Part shown: positions 8,663-16,548 of the stretch, piece after piece | Position numbering within the stretch: the first letter of the stretch is position 1 | How the letters are laid out: every line of letters starts with the position of its first letter | DNA from: a virus | Lineage: Duplodnaviria > Caudoviricetes | Length of the DNA: 38,704 nucleotides | IMG/VR virus record: IMGVR_UViG_3300023092_000005 | Span: 1-38,704 of that record | Reading direction: 5' to 3' (one strand) | The notes under the pieces: generated by a model | Told to the model about the DNA's origin: nothing | Databases searched by the model: none | What the model saw: the letters and a program-made list of their open reading frames with translations, nothing else | Program-made: the position numbers and the translations under genes

Positions 8663-8941
8663 ATGTGTACTTGTCATGCAGATATAGAAAAACGGTTAAG
8701 CATTCGTGCCGCCGAGAAATTCTCAGAAGGTACTGAGCACGCAGTAAAGCTAGATGGCTATGGGTTAGCAATAGTTGATAACGATGTAATAGAGATTGGC
8801 GTTATGCCAATGAATGTAACTTTTAAGACAACTCTAAAAAATGGCACCGTTAAAGACAAAAAGATTAAGCAATCAATGATGTTTACATATTGCCCATTTT
8901 GCGCCGAGAAGTACATTGCGTACGAGGTTAAGTTGTCATGA
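8663..8941 (+). CDS. Hypothetical Zn-binding phage protein
   Basis: MCTC N-terminus and YCPFC C-terminus; AGGAG SD. Confidence 0.75.
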   Translation: MCTCHADIEKRLSIRAAEKFSEGTEHAVKLDGYGLAIVDNDVIEIGVMPMNVTFKTTLKNGTVKDKKIKQSMMFTYCPFCAEKYIAYEVKLS

Positions 8942-9237
8942 ACAATACTAAAGACCGCTCACAGAACAAAGCAAGCTACGAAGTAGTAACAAACATGCTT
9001 GGGCTTAAAGTTTTGCGCCGTGTAGAGCATGAAGCAGAAGTACCAGTTAAATATCCAGAATCACTCTACCGCAACATAACAGCAATGGACTTGATACGTG
9101 GCATGACAGATCGAGACTTAAGCCAGTTCGTGCATCATCTATCTTGTGTGCTGACAGTTGAAGACCATGAGCCGGAAGCGTTCAGGCAGTTAAGCATTAA
9201 TCACATGAATGAGTTTTTACAAGGAATGGCGAAATGA
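8938..9237 (+). CDS. Hypothetical protein
   Basis: 99 aa, ATGA-coupled. Confidence 0.7.
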   Translation: MNNTKDRSQNKASYEVVTNMLGLKVLRRVEHEAEVPVKYPESLYRNITAMDLIRGMTDRDLSQFVHHLSCVLTVEDHEPEAFRQLSINHMNEFLQGMAK

Positions 9238-9467
9238 ACTCCGAAGAAAACAAGTTATATAACAGAGGTTACAAAGCAGGATTGCGCCGATCTAAATCAG
9301 TTACTGAGCTTAATGACAAGGCGCAATTCCGTAGAGCGGTTTATTTAGCTGCATTAGATTCTGCTTTGCGCGACAACTGGAATACAGCAGGCAAGCCACA
9401 TTTAAACATAAAAGAACGCTGTGAAGTTGCAGATGACATTGCCCGCGAGTCACTAAAGCACTTTTAG
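9234..9467 (+). CDS. Hypothetical protein
   Basis: 77 aa, ATGA-coupled. Confidence 0.7.
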   Translation: MNSEENKLYNRGYKAGLRRSKSVTELNDKAQFRRAVYLAALDSALRDNWNTAGKPHLNIKERCEVADDIARESLKHF

Positions 9468-9508
9468 ATTTAATAACTTTTAATTTTATTAACTATAGAG
9501 GGTGAGAT

Positions 9509-9793
9509 ATGAAAATGTACAAAACAACTGGCAGATATCATGTTGCCAAGATTGAAGAGGTTGAGGTTTTAAGGACAACAGCTCAATCTGTATTCTTTCC
9601 AAAGTCAAGAAGTGGCGTTAAGGGAAAGGAAGATAGACATGCTAAACATTCTGACCATGCCAACTATTTCGAGACATGGGAAGAAGCAAAAGAGTATCTC
9701 ATGGATGCCGCTGAAAACAAACTTTCAGGCGCAAGAAGGCAACTTGAGTTAGCCCAAGCTTTCCACGGAAATGTTAAAGGTATGAAGCCATGA
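9509..9793 (+). CDS. Hypothetical protein, paralogue of 4954-5265
   Basis: 94 aa; shared motifs with 4954-5265; GAGG SD. Confidence 0.75.
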   Translation: MKMYKTTGRYHVAKIEEVEVLRTTAQSVFFPKSRSGVKGKEDRHAKHSDHANYFETWEEAKEYLMDAAENKLSGARRQLELAQAFHGNVKGMKP

Positions 9794-10017
9794 AAACTCG
9801 CATACCAATGAAAGATAACGGAGGATCAGCATTTCCATCACATGGCAGCATGGGTGAGGTTGCACAGGAAGGTATGTCATTGCGTGATTGGTTTGCAGGG
9901 AAAGCATTAAGCGGGATTGTCCCTCAAAATAGCAGTGGATTTAGAGAATGGGAATGGTACGGAGAGGCCGCATACAAATTAGCAGATGCCATGCTGGAGG
10001 CTCGTGATGCAAACTAA
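9790..10017 (+). CDS. Conserved phage hypothetical protein
   Basis: GGSAFP...GMSLRDWFAGKAL...AYKLADAMLEAR, a widespread small phage family. Confidence 0.85.
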   Translation: MKTRIPMKDNGGSAFPSHGSMGEVAQEGMSLRDWFAGKALSGIVPQNSSGFREWEWYGEAAYKLADAMLEARDAN

Positions 10018-10174
10018 AATACCACTACTGCACAACTACTACGGACACGGTTGCTACACGATGGAGAATGAACCTGTCACTACACCAGGGAAGGTTAATA
10101 ACGCATTATCGTTGCTTGCACTAGGGATTAGTGTCAGTTTCTTCTTGTGGGCTTTTTGGGAGTGGATAGCGTGA
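10007..10174 (+). CDS. Small membrane protein
   Basis: GGAGG SD before ATG 10007; hydrophobic C-terminal helix. Confidence 0.55.
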   Translation: MQTKIPLLHNYYGHGCYTMENEPVTTPGKVNNALSLLALGISVSFFLWAFWEWIA

Positions 10175-10512
10175 ACAATGCATTCAAAGAATATTCAACT
10201 GGCATAGCGTTCGGAATCCAGTTAAGCAAGAATCAATGCAATATCTTGTTAAGGCTAAATTCCAATGCTTCTACGCTTGAGAATCTATGGTTATTGCAAG
10301 TAGGTCAGCTTACACCTTTAGCGGCTCGTGGGCTAGTTTACTGGAATTATAGTGCAGATGGTGAGGCACAGGGATTCCAAGGGCTTACAAAGGCTGGAAA
10401 GCTGCTTGCTGAGCTATTGCAAGAGGCTGGCATGACAGTTGAATCAACAAACAGCGTTAGCATGATCCGTAGACTTGAGCGTGATAAACAATCTGAGTTA
10501 ACTAAGGAGTAG
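10171..10512 (+). CDS. Hypothetical protein, possible winged helix
   Basis: GTGA-coupled start; L..RGLV.W...GLTKAGK.L pattern. Confidence 0.65.
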   Translation: MNNAFKEYSTGIAFGIQLSKNQCNILLRLNSNASTLENLWLLQVGQLTPLAARGLVYWNYSADGEAQGFQGLTKAGKLLAELLQEAGMTVESTNSVSMIRRLERDKQSELTKE

Positions 10513-10517
10513 ATAGT

Positions 10518-10703
10518 ATGTATTACAAAGGCTTAAAAAATCGTTTGGTTAATTATCTCAGTGCTTCGTTCTCTGCATTCTGCCATTACGTGAGTGCAGC
10601 TAACACCGAGACCGCAGAGGAAACAAAAGCTAGGGTGCGTGATGAAATAGCCAATGAGTTTAAATATCGCGTTATGGCTAGTTGTATTTCGCGTAGTTTC
10701 TGA
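10518..10703 (+). CDS. Hypothetical protein
   Basis: 61 aa with a perfect TAAGGAG SD. Confidence 0.6.
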   Translation: MYYKGLKNRLVNYLSASFSAFCHYVSAANTETAEETKARVRDEIANEFKYRVMASCISRSF

Positions 10704-10709
10704 TATAGT
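10682..10709 (+). promoter_or_regulatory. Promoter upstream of the HNH gene
   Basis: TTGTAT-16 bp-TATAGT with extended -10 TG. Confidence 0.45.
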
Positions 10710-10716
10710 TTTAATC

Positions 10717-10794
10717 GTCGGTTGCTGGAGAGCAGGTAAGCTGAAGGTGCCTAACTCACCCGAAGGCCGACACACTCACTCACTGTTAGTTAGG
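10717..10794 (+). promoter_or_regulatory. Structured 5' leader with SD-occluding pseudoknot
   Basis: GTCGG/CCGAC closing stem and two inner hairpins; loop CCTAACT (10750-56) is complementary to AGTTAGG (10788-94) over the SD. Confidence 0.55.
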
Positions 10795-10802
10795 AACACA
10801 CG

Positions 10803-11291
10803 ATGCTTACACAAGCCGAATTAAAAGAACACTTACATTACGATCCAGACACAGGAATATTCACTAGAATAAAATCTGTTAGTAGTTCAGCCATGGCAGG
10901 AATGCGGGCTGGATCAGTAAGTGGGAATAAATACCGAAGAATCATGATCAGTGGAAAATTGTACGCTGAGCATCGCCTTGCCTGGCTATATGTGCATGGA
11001 AATATGGATTTACTTTTGGATCATATTGACCGAGATAGGCAGAACAACCGGATATCTAATCTAAGGCCTTGCACACTTAGCCAGAATGGCATTAATTGTG
11101 CGCTACGCTCTCACAATACTAGCGGTCACACAGGGGTTTGCTGGAATAAAAAGTTAAACAAATGGCAAGGTCAAATAATGGTAGAAAGAAAGTTAATCCA
11201 CTTGGGTCTTTTTCTTGAAAAAGATTTAGCAATAAATGCTTACAAAGAAGCGAGGGATAAATATTACCCTAACTTCAAAATAGAACTTTGA
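10803..11291 (+). CDS. HNH homing endonuclease with AP2-like DNA-binding domain
   Basis: HRLAWLYVHG...DHIDRDRQNNRISNLR...SGHTGVCW.....KWQGQI.....IHLG.F. Confidence 0.92.
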   Translation: MLTQAELKEHLHYDPDTGIFTRIKSVSSSAMAGMRAGSVSGNKYRRIMISGKLYAEHRLAWLYVHGNMDLLLDHIDRDRQNNRISNLRPCTLSQNGINCALRSHNTSGHTGVCWNKKLNKWQGQIMVERKLIHLGLFLEKDLAINAYKEARDKYYPNFKIEL

Positions 11292-11315
11292 TCCAACATT
11301 ACCAACAGGGAGAGA

Positions 11316-11534
11316 GTGATGGACGATACAACTTACGCATTACATGATGATGAAAACAATATTCGCAAAATATCAAATAGCCTAGACGATGCGACTAATT
11401 ATCTGGTTGAAGGAATGCCAGACGGCCTATGGAATAAATTATTCGGGAAGCCAGCGGATATTCGTATTGATGCCTTCAAGGAGTATGGCTGGAAGGTAAC
11501 TAAAGGTTATTACACGCAACGATTTGAACTTTAA
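11316..11534 (+). CDS. Hypothetical protein
   Basis: 72 aa with GGGAG SD. Confidence 0.65.
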   Translation: MMDDTTYALHDDENNIRKISNSLDDATNYLVEGMPDGLWNKLFGKPADIRIDAFKEYGWKVTKGYYTQRFEL

Positions 11535-11558
11535 CCCATCACCATCATAGGAATAGAC

Positions 11559-12092
11559 ATGGAAGATTCCTTTTACCAAACAGTAGCACGCGAACAAGAA
11601 TGGCGTGATGAAGGCCATGACAAACTTCATCAACCTCAACTTAACACGAAAAGGAACCAGAATATGAACACCGACATAAACTCAATGAGCTTCGATCAAC
11701 TCGTACCCAGCAATTCAACGTATCTCGCAAAGGATGACGTAGGTGAAGACGGCGTTATCTTAACCATTAAAGGGTTCAAGATGGAAACCATCAAGGGCGA
11801 TGACGGCGATGAAGAAAAGATGGTCATGTACTTCGATGAACCTGACTTCAAGCCCATGATCGTCAACCGTACCAATGCGCAGCTTATCGGAATTGCTACT
11901 GGCGCACCTAATGCTGGTGCTGCCCGTGGTAAGCAAGTCGTTGTATATAACGATGCCACAATCAGCTTCGGCGGTAAAGTAACTGGCGGTATCCGCATCA
12001 AGAAGGTAGCGGGCGCACCACGTCAGGCAACCGCACCAACCTATGCACCAGGTGGAGATATCACCGAAATGCAATCAGATGAACCGTTCTAA
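11559..12092 (+). CDS. Putative phage single-stranded DNA-binding protein (main start probably 11664)
   Basis: YL.K.D......LTI...K.MI.N.TN...G.RI core and SSB-like acidic tail EMQSDEPF; AAGGA SD before ATG 11664. Confidence 0.6.
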   Translation: MEDSFYQTVAREQEWRDEGHDKLHQPQLNTKRNQNMNTDINSMSFDQLVPSNSTYLAKDDVGEDGVILTIKGFKMETIKGDDGDEEKMVMYFDEPDFKPMIVNRTNAQLIGIATGAPNAGAARGKQVVVYNDATISFGGKVTGGIRIKKVAGAPRQATAPTYAPGGDITEMQSDEPF

Positions 12093-12108
12093 GCACTAGG
12101 TATCAGCC

Positions 12109-12315
12109 ATGATTAAAGATTACGACAATGATTTAGTCATGGCTGAACTAGGCAGGCGTTCAGCTAGATATACACAGATCAAGCAAGCTAGGGAAGCACT
12201 CAGGGACGCTGCTGTGCAACTAGGACTGTCTAACGATATCCAGTTGATACTAGGATGGCAACGAGACATAAATAACGCGGTAGAACAGCTTATAGAGGCG
12301 TTGAAACTATCATGA
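12109..12315 (+). CDS. Hypothetical protein
   Basis: 68 aa helical ORF. Confidence 0.65.
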   Translation: MIKDYDNDLVMAELGRRSARYTQIKQAREALRDAAVQLGLSNDIQLILGWQRDINNAVEQLIEALKLS

Positions 12316-12482
12316 AAACATACAAAGTACAGGTATTCGCAGATTTGGCAGGCATACCCATCAAGACATTGCAGAACTGGCATAAGAGCGGGAAGCTAGT
12401 GGCCGGCACTAACTTTTACGGCAGACGGTATTACACCGATGAGCATATGGCGGAAGTGAAGAAGCTGTTAGCTGCACGTTGA
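12312..12482 (+). CDS. MerR/Xis-like winged-HTH protein (56 aa, not in ORF track)
   Basis: MKTYKVQVFADLAGIPIKTLQNWHKSGKLVAGTNFYGRRYYTDEHM matches the MerR-type pattern FA.L.GI..KTL..W...G.L......G.R.Y; ATGA-coupled. Confidence 0.8.
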   Translation: MKTYKVQVFADLAGIPIKTLQNWHKSGKLVAGTNFYGRRYYTDEHMAEVKKLLAAR

Positions 12483-12627
12483 AATGGCAGGATGCATCGC
12501 CAAGGCCTATGCCGAATGAACAAAGATAGATTTTATCTATTGACCTTCGACTATTAGTTAAAAATTACAATTGGCGTTATTTTATGCTATCCCCTAACCT
12601 TATCTCATTCAACAGGAGAGAGAAACG

Positions 12628-12840
12628 ATGTCTGAGGAAAACAAAGAATTAAGATTAATGGCACAACGATCTATCAAGAATTACATGCACTATGAGCTAT
12701 ATGAATTAATTGGAGGCCCTGAGATGATGCCATTCTTTGACCAGCAAGCTGATGTGCTAATGAAGGCTGTAGATAATGCAATCAGTGCTGTAAAAGAGCA
12801 TCCGCTGGCTACTAAGATTAAGAAAGCACCAAAATCATGA
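12628..12840 (+). CDS. Hypothetical protein
   Basis: 70 aa with AGGAG SD. Confidence 0.7.
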   Translation: MSEENKELRLMAQRSIKNYMHYELYELIGGPEMMPFFDQQADVLMKAVDNAISAVKEHPLATKIKKAPKS

Positions 12841-13097
12841 CCAACCTCTACCTACCCGAAGCACTATCCCCTGGCGATGCATTGATCGAACGTGCTGACG
12901 ATGCTATTAGCGCTATTCAGGATATGAAGGGGACAGTCGAGTTTATTAAAGCGCAGGCAAGACAGGCAGCGCTACGGGAAGCCGCAGTAGTTTGTCAGGC
13001 ATACGCAGCAGAAGCGATAAAGCACGGCGAGACTGTGCATGAGAGCGCAGGTAAATATTGCCGTAATGCAATTCTAAACTTGTTGGACTTGAAATAG
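12837..13097 (+). CDS. Hypothetical protein
   Basis: 86 aa; ALREAAVVC...C..AI motif common in phage early proteins. Confidence 0.7.
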   Translation: MTNLYLPEALSPGDALIERADDAISAIQDMKGTVEFIKAQARQAALREAAVVCQAYAAEAIKHGETVHESAGKYCRNAILNLLDLK

Positions 13098-13291
13098 GAG
13101 TGAGCAGTAAGGGCGTTCGGCGGAATGGTAATCCGCGAAGTTGAGAGCAATAAGGGATTTCTAGACCCGGATGGCTTTAGATGATGGTGTAGCGATATTG
13201 GTAAGCGCAGATGAACAACATCAATACGTTGGTTCGATTCCAACCGCCAAAGCTGGAGCTTTACCACCAGCAGCACCCTTTCTGCTTACTT
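13098..13291 (+). ncRNA. Structured intergenic RNA containing a tRNA-like domain
   Basis: Closing stem GAGTGAGCAG-T-AAGGG / CCCTT-T-CTGCTTACTT; internal D-arm, perfect T-arm GTTGG-TTCGATT-CCAAC and a shortened anticodon arm. Confidence 0.65.
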
Positions 13292-13326
13292 ATGCAATGT
13301 GAGATTAACTTAACTTGGAGAATGTG

Positions 13327-13758
13327 ATGGGTGAAAGAAGCAGTGGAATTGATTATACCGACAGGCCTTGTGATAGCCGGAGTATGGCCGATGGAATCAG
13401 AAATGAAGTTCATAACCTGTCGAGAATTGTTCACTTAGCAAATCAGCATTGGTGGACTGATAACGATGGAGCTGACATTCGCCTGAACCCACTAACTTTC
13501 AGTAATAAGTTGCTGTTGATAGTAACCGAGATTTCGGAGGCTTGCGAAGGTGATAGAACAGGGATTATGGATAAGCATTGCCCTGAGTTTGAAAACAGGA
13601 CGGTGGAGCTTGCAGATGCATTGCTTCGCATACTTGACTTGGCGGCAGGTTATGAATTGCCACTTGGTGCCGCAGTCGTTGCCAAGATGAAATTCAATGC
13701 TGATCGAGATGACCATAAGTTGGAGGCTAGGCGCGCATCTGGCGGCAAAGCGTACTAA
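13327..13758 (+). CDS. MazG-like NTP pyrophosphohydrolase
   Basis: KLLLIVTEISEACEG.R...D.H......VELADALLRILDLA...KM.FN..R..H; GGAG SD before ATG 13327. Confidence 0.8.
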   Translation: MGERSSGIDYTDRPCDSRSMADGIRNEVHNLSRIVHLANQHWWTDNDGADIRLNPLTFSNKLLLIVTEISEACEGDRTGIMDKHCPEFENRTVELADALLRILDLAAGYELPLGAAVVAKMKFNADRDDHKLEARRASGGKAY

Positions 13759-13898
13759 TGCAAATTTATCTTAATTACTTCCTGCTTTTCCAGTTCGCGG
13801 TAATGGCATGCGCATGGTTTCTATCTGGCGACAAGATTCAATCTGTGTATTGGCTAGGTGCTTTCTTGTGCACCGCAGGCGTAACTTTTAAAGCTTAA
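13758..13898 (+). CDS. Small two-helix membrane protein (46 aa, not in ORF track)
   Basis: MQIYLNYFLLFQFAVMACAWFLSGDKIQSVYWLGAFLCTAGVTFKA; TAATG-coupled to MazG. Confidence 0.6.
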   Translation: MQIYLNYFLLFQFAVMACAWFLSGDKIQSVYWLGAFLCTAGVTFKA

Positions 13899-13929
13899 CC
13901 GCTATTCAACTACAACAGAAGGGATAGGT

Positions 13930-14166
13930 ATGAACAAGCCATTGCACGTAGGAACCAGTCCATTAACGAATCGCATCTATGTAGGGCATGTTCTTAAAGA
14001 TGGGTTGCATTGGAGCATCAATAAACAAGATGTTACTGGCAAGGTAGTTGGTGCAGTTTGCGAGCATGTGCTGCTTAACGGTGAGCCAGTGATAGTGAAT
14101 TGTAACGGGAAGCCAAAGTTCAAGATAACTGTTGAGGACTTGGATGTAATCCCTAGTGGCATGTAA
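13930..14166 (+). CDS. Conserved phage hypothetical protein
   Basis: SPLTNRIY.G......W...K.DVT...V.AV.EH motif. Confidence 0.75.
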   Translation: MNKPLHVGTSPLTNRIYVGHVLKDGLHWSINKQDVTGKVVGAVCEHVLLNGEPVIVNCNGKPKFKITVEDLDVIPSGM

Positions 14167-14199
14167 CTTTGAATTGATAATGATTGGGAGTGCAGTGAA

Positions 14200-14583
14200 A
14201 TGAAAATTACGATTGATTTAGATAGGTTGCAACAGCTTATCAAAGACAGTGCCAATGCCACATTGAACGGCGCATGGGAATCTGAAACTGAATGCATAGG
14301 CGTGATTGAGGAAATGCAAATCCACCTAACATTCACCAAAGACGAATCTGATTTTATTGACAAAGTAAATGAAGACCTACCAGTAAAAGGTGTTGTTGAA
14401 GTCTACAAGATTAATCATCCAAGCACTGACACATCTTTGTATCTTGATGTTTCACCAGGGGGCGAGTTGTCGGCCCGCGCAGAGGCAATGGACTATTTCC
14501 CAGAAGACTACAGCTCAATAACAGTTGAGTTAATTGATATGGAAATATCTGAGTATCAATCAATGCCTGAATTTGAGGGTTAA
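14200..14583 (+). CDS. Hypothetical acidic protein
   Basis: 127 aa ending MPEFEG; GGGAG SD. Confidence 0.7.
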   Translation: MKITIDLDRLQQLIKDSANATLNGAWESETECIGVIEEMQIHLTFTKDESDFIDKVNEDLPVKGVVEVYKINHPSTDTSLYLDVSPGGELSARAEAMDYFPEDYSSITVELIDMEISEYQSMPEFEG

Positions 14584-14676
14584 ATACCCGTGAATACGGT
14601 ATCGCGTATCGACTGAATCACCGCCCGAATAACCAATAATAGTTTTAGTAGTTTTTAGCAACTAGAGGATAGATAG

Positions 14677-15030
14677 ATGAATAGCCCAATTAATGATGTG
14701 ATATCAGAACGTGCCAGGCAGGATGCCAAATGGGGCGGCGCTTCCCACGATGACCACCACACGGTCGCTGAATTTGTGCAACTTATCGAAGACTACGCTG
14801 GCTGGGCGAGAACTATGGCAGGCATGGATAGCCATGAAAAAGCCCGTAACCGACTAATACAGGTTGCTGCTCTTGCTGTAGCGGCTTGTGAGTATATAGA
14901 TAGAAATCATTTCCCTGCGAGTCAATACGGATTGGTGAGCAAGGGGAAAGCGTGTCTTGCATGTGAGCAAAGAGAAGCGACACCTGATTCTGACTACTGC
15001 CATGACTGCAAATCACCGTTCAACCGCTAA
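14677..15030 (+). CDS. Divergent MazG-like all-alpha protein with C-terminal Zn finger
   Basis: ERARQDAKWG...LIQVAALAVAACE.ID followed by CxxC...YCxxC. Confidence 0.6.
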   Translation: MNSPINDVISERARQDAKWGGASHDDHHTVAEFVQLIEDYAGWARTMAGMDSHEKARNRLIQVAALAVAACEYIDRNHFPASQYGLVSKGKACLACEQREATPDSDYCHDCKSPFNR

Positions 15031-15047
15031 CCCCAAGGACAACACAC

Positions 15048-15599
15048 ATGAACAATGCAGACGTAATGGATGGAGAGGATAGGCCTTGGAAGATAGGTGA
15101 ATTCTGGTCTTCATCAACTCCAGGAAAGAAAGTGTGGATGTTGGCTAATCCTGAAGATATACAAAGGTATGGCACTCATCGTGACTTCATCCGGTGGATT
15201 GCGGAATCAGATCAAATGCAATCCCAAGCCACCCGCATCGCCGAACTTGAGGCCGCTGTAACATCCATGGAGCTTGGCAGGAGGGATGCTGAACTGCCCG
15301 AGGTTTTATTTTATAAAGAAGATAGGGCTTGCCGATCAGCGATAAGAGTCGAGTACATAAAGAGTGATTCTCTTTGCTATTACTACGCAAAATGTGAGGG
15401 AAGTAGCAGCGTTGTAGTGAATATAAGCAAGTTTGAAATAGGCAATATATTGGTTGGTAAAAGTGGAAAATTCTTTCTAACTAGAAAAGAACTTCAAGAA
15501 GACACCCTTGGATATTTAAAAGGGTGTGTAGCGGCCCTGCAGAATTATTTGTCCGAGGAGTCAGACGCCGCCATAGCCCTATCGAAGGAGCAGAAATGA
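15048..15599 (+). CDS. Hypothetical mosaic phage protein
   Basis: 183 aa with RIAELEA coiled-coil linker; AAGGA SD. Confidence 0.7.
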   Translation: MNNADVMDGEDRPWKIGEFWSSSTPGKKVWMLANPEDIQRYGTHRDFIRWIAESDQMQSQATRIAELEAAVTSMELGRRDAELPEVLFYKEDRACRSAIRVEYIKSDSLCYYYAKCEGSSSVVVNISKFEIGNILVGKSGKFFLTRKELQEDTLGYLKGCVAALQNYLSEESDAAIALSKEQK

Positions 15600-15910
15600 G
15601 TCTATTCCAATGTGAAGAGTGTGGATGCTGCGAGAACACGGCGCTATCGTCACAGGGACATAAGCCACCTGCCAAGTGGTTTGATTGGTATGGAATAGAG
15701 GATCGCATGGGCAAGCAGTTATGCAGCGCCTGTGGACCAACGAAATATGCAAGTGGCGAAACTTGCGACAAAGGCGGCGGGTGGCATGGTCAATTTGAGC
15801 GCTTGTATTTACCTAAAGGCATGTTTAAAACCAACCACGTAGGCAACCTTGCGCACAAAGATACTGGCGACGAGAACTACAGGGCTTATCAGATTAAGGA
15901 GCCATTATGA
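15596..15910 (+). CDS. Conserved Cys-rich phage protein
   Basis: MSLFQCEECGCCENTA...LCSACGP...WHGQF; GAAGGAG SD; ATGA-coupled. Confidence 0.8.
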   Translation: MSLFQCEECGCCENTALSSQGHKPPAKWFDWYGIEDRMGKQLCSACGPTKYASGETCDKGGGWHGQFERLYLPKGMFKTNHVGNLAHKDTGDENYRAYQIKEPL

Positions 15911-16470
15911 AGAACGATAAAGTTTTAGCTCTGGCAGACCAATTCAATATTGGCGGTGTATGCGACAAAAAGGACATACTCGCCTTCGCCCAAGCTCTTT
16001 CCGTGCATAGGGGAGAGGCAGTCTGGCGCGTTATTGCTAAAGATATTAATGGACAGATTCATATAAATGCTACTTTCGATTCAGAAGATAAAGCCAACCT
16101 CCTAAAAGAAACATGTGTTAGCAAGGGCGGATACAAGGGAGCAGACGTAAAAATATTGTTTGAGGACGCCGCCCCTGTTACTCCTGTAGGGGATGAGTGG
16201 CAACCGATTGAGACAGCGCCGAAAGATGGCTCAAGTATATTGCTATGCATGCCTGGATCGACAGATATTTATATTGTGGTTGGATGGACTGAGGCTGACC
16301 CTTATGAGCCGCGAGTTATCGAGGGATGGGAAACTACTTACGGGGATATAGTCCTAACGGAGGAGGAGTTGATGGCTGGGAACCTGCCCCCTATGTGGAA
16401 AAATCTACCAAATTGTCCGCCTACTTCGCTGAGTTATAAGCACCCTATACCTGCTATCCCTGAACCATGA
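15907..16470 (+). CDS. DUF551-like domain protein
   Basis: WQPIETAPKDG..ILL...W..LP..P. Confidence 0.75.
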   Translation: MKNDKVLALADQFNIGGVCDKKDILAFAQALSVHRGEAVWRVIAKDINGQIHINATFDSEDKANLLKETCVSKGGYKGADVKILFEDAAPVTPVGDEWQPIETAPKDGSSILLCMPGSTDIYIVVGWTEADPYEPRVIEGWETTYGDIVLTEEELMAGNLPPMWKNLPNCPPTSLSYKHPIPAIPEP

Positions 16471-16548
16471 GTAAAGCTATCAGAGAACTAGGGCACTATC
16501 GCACATCTAAAAGGTGTGAGGCGGTGTGGGTTAGGATATTGCTGCCGG

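Noticed and set aside
10717-10790. Glycine riboswitch or group I intron around the HNH gene (GGAGAG...GAAGG)
   Set aside because: The CUCUCAGG element is missing, and the flanking ORFs do not look like halves of a split gene.
13185-13249. A third functional tRNA
   Set aside because: The anticodon loop is 5 nt and the acceptor stem only 5 bp with no properly placed CCA. Reported as a tRNA-like RNA instead.
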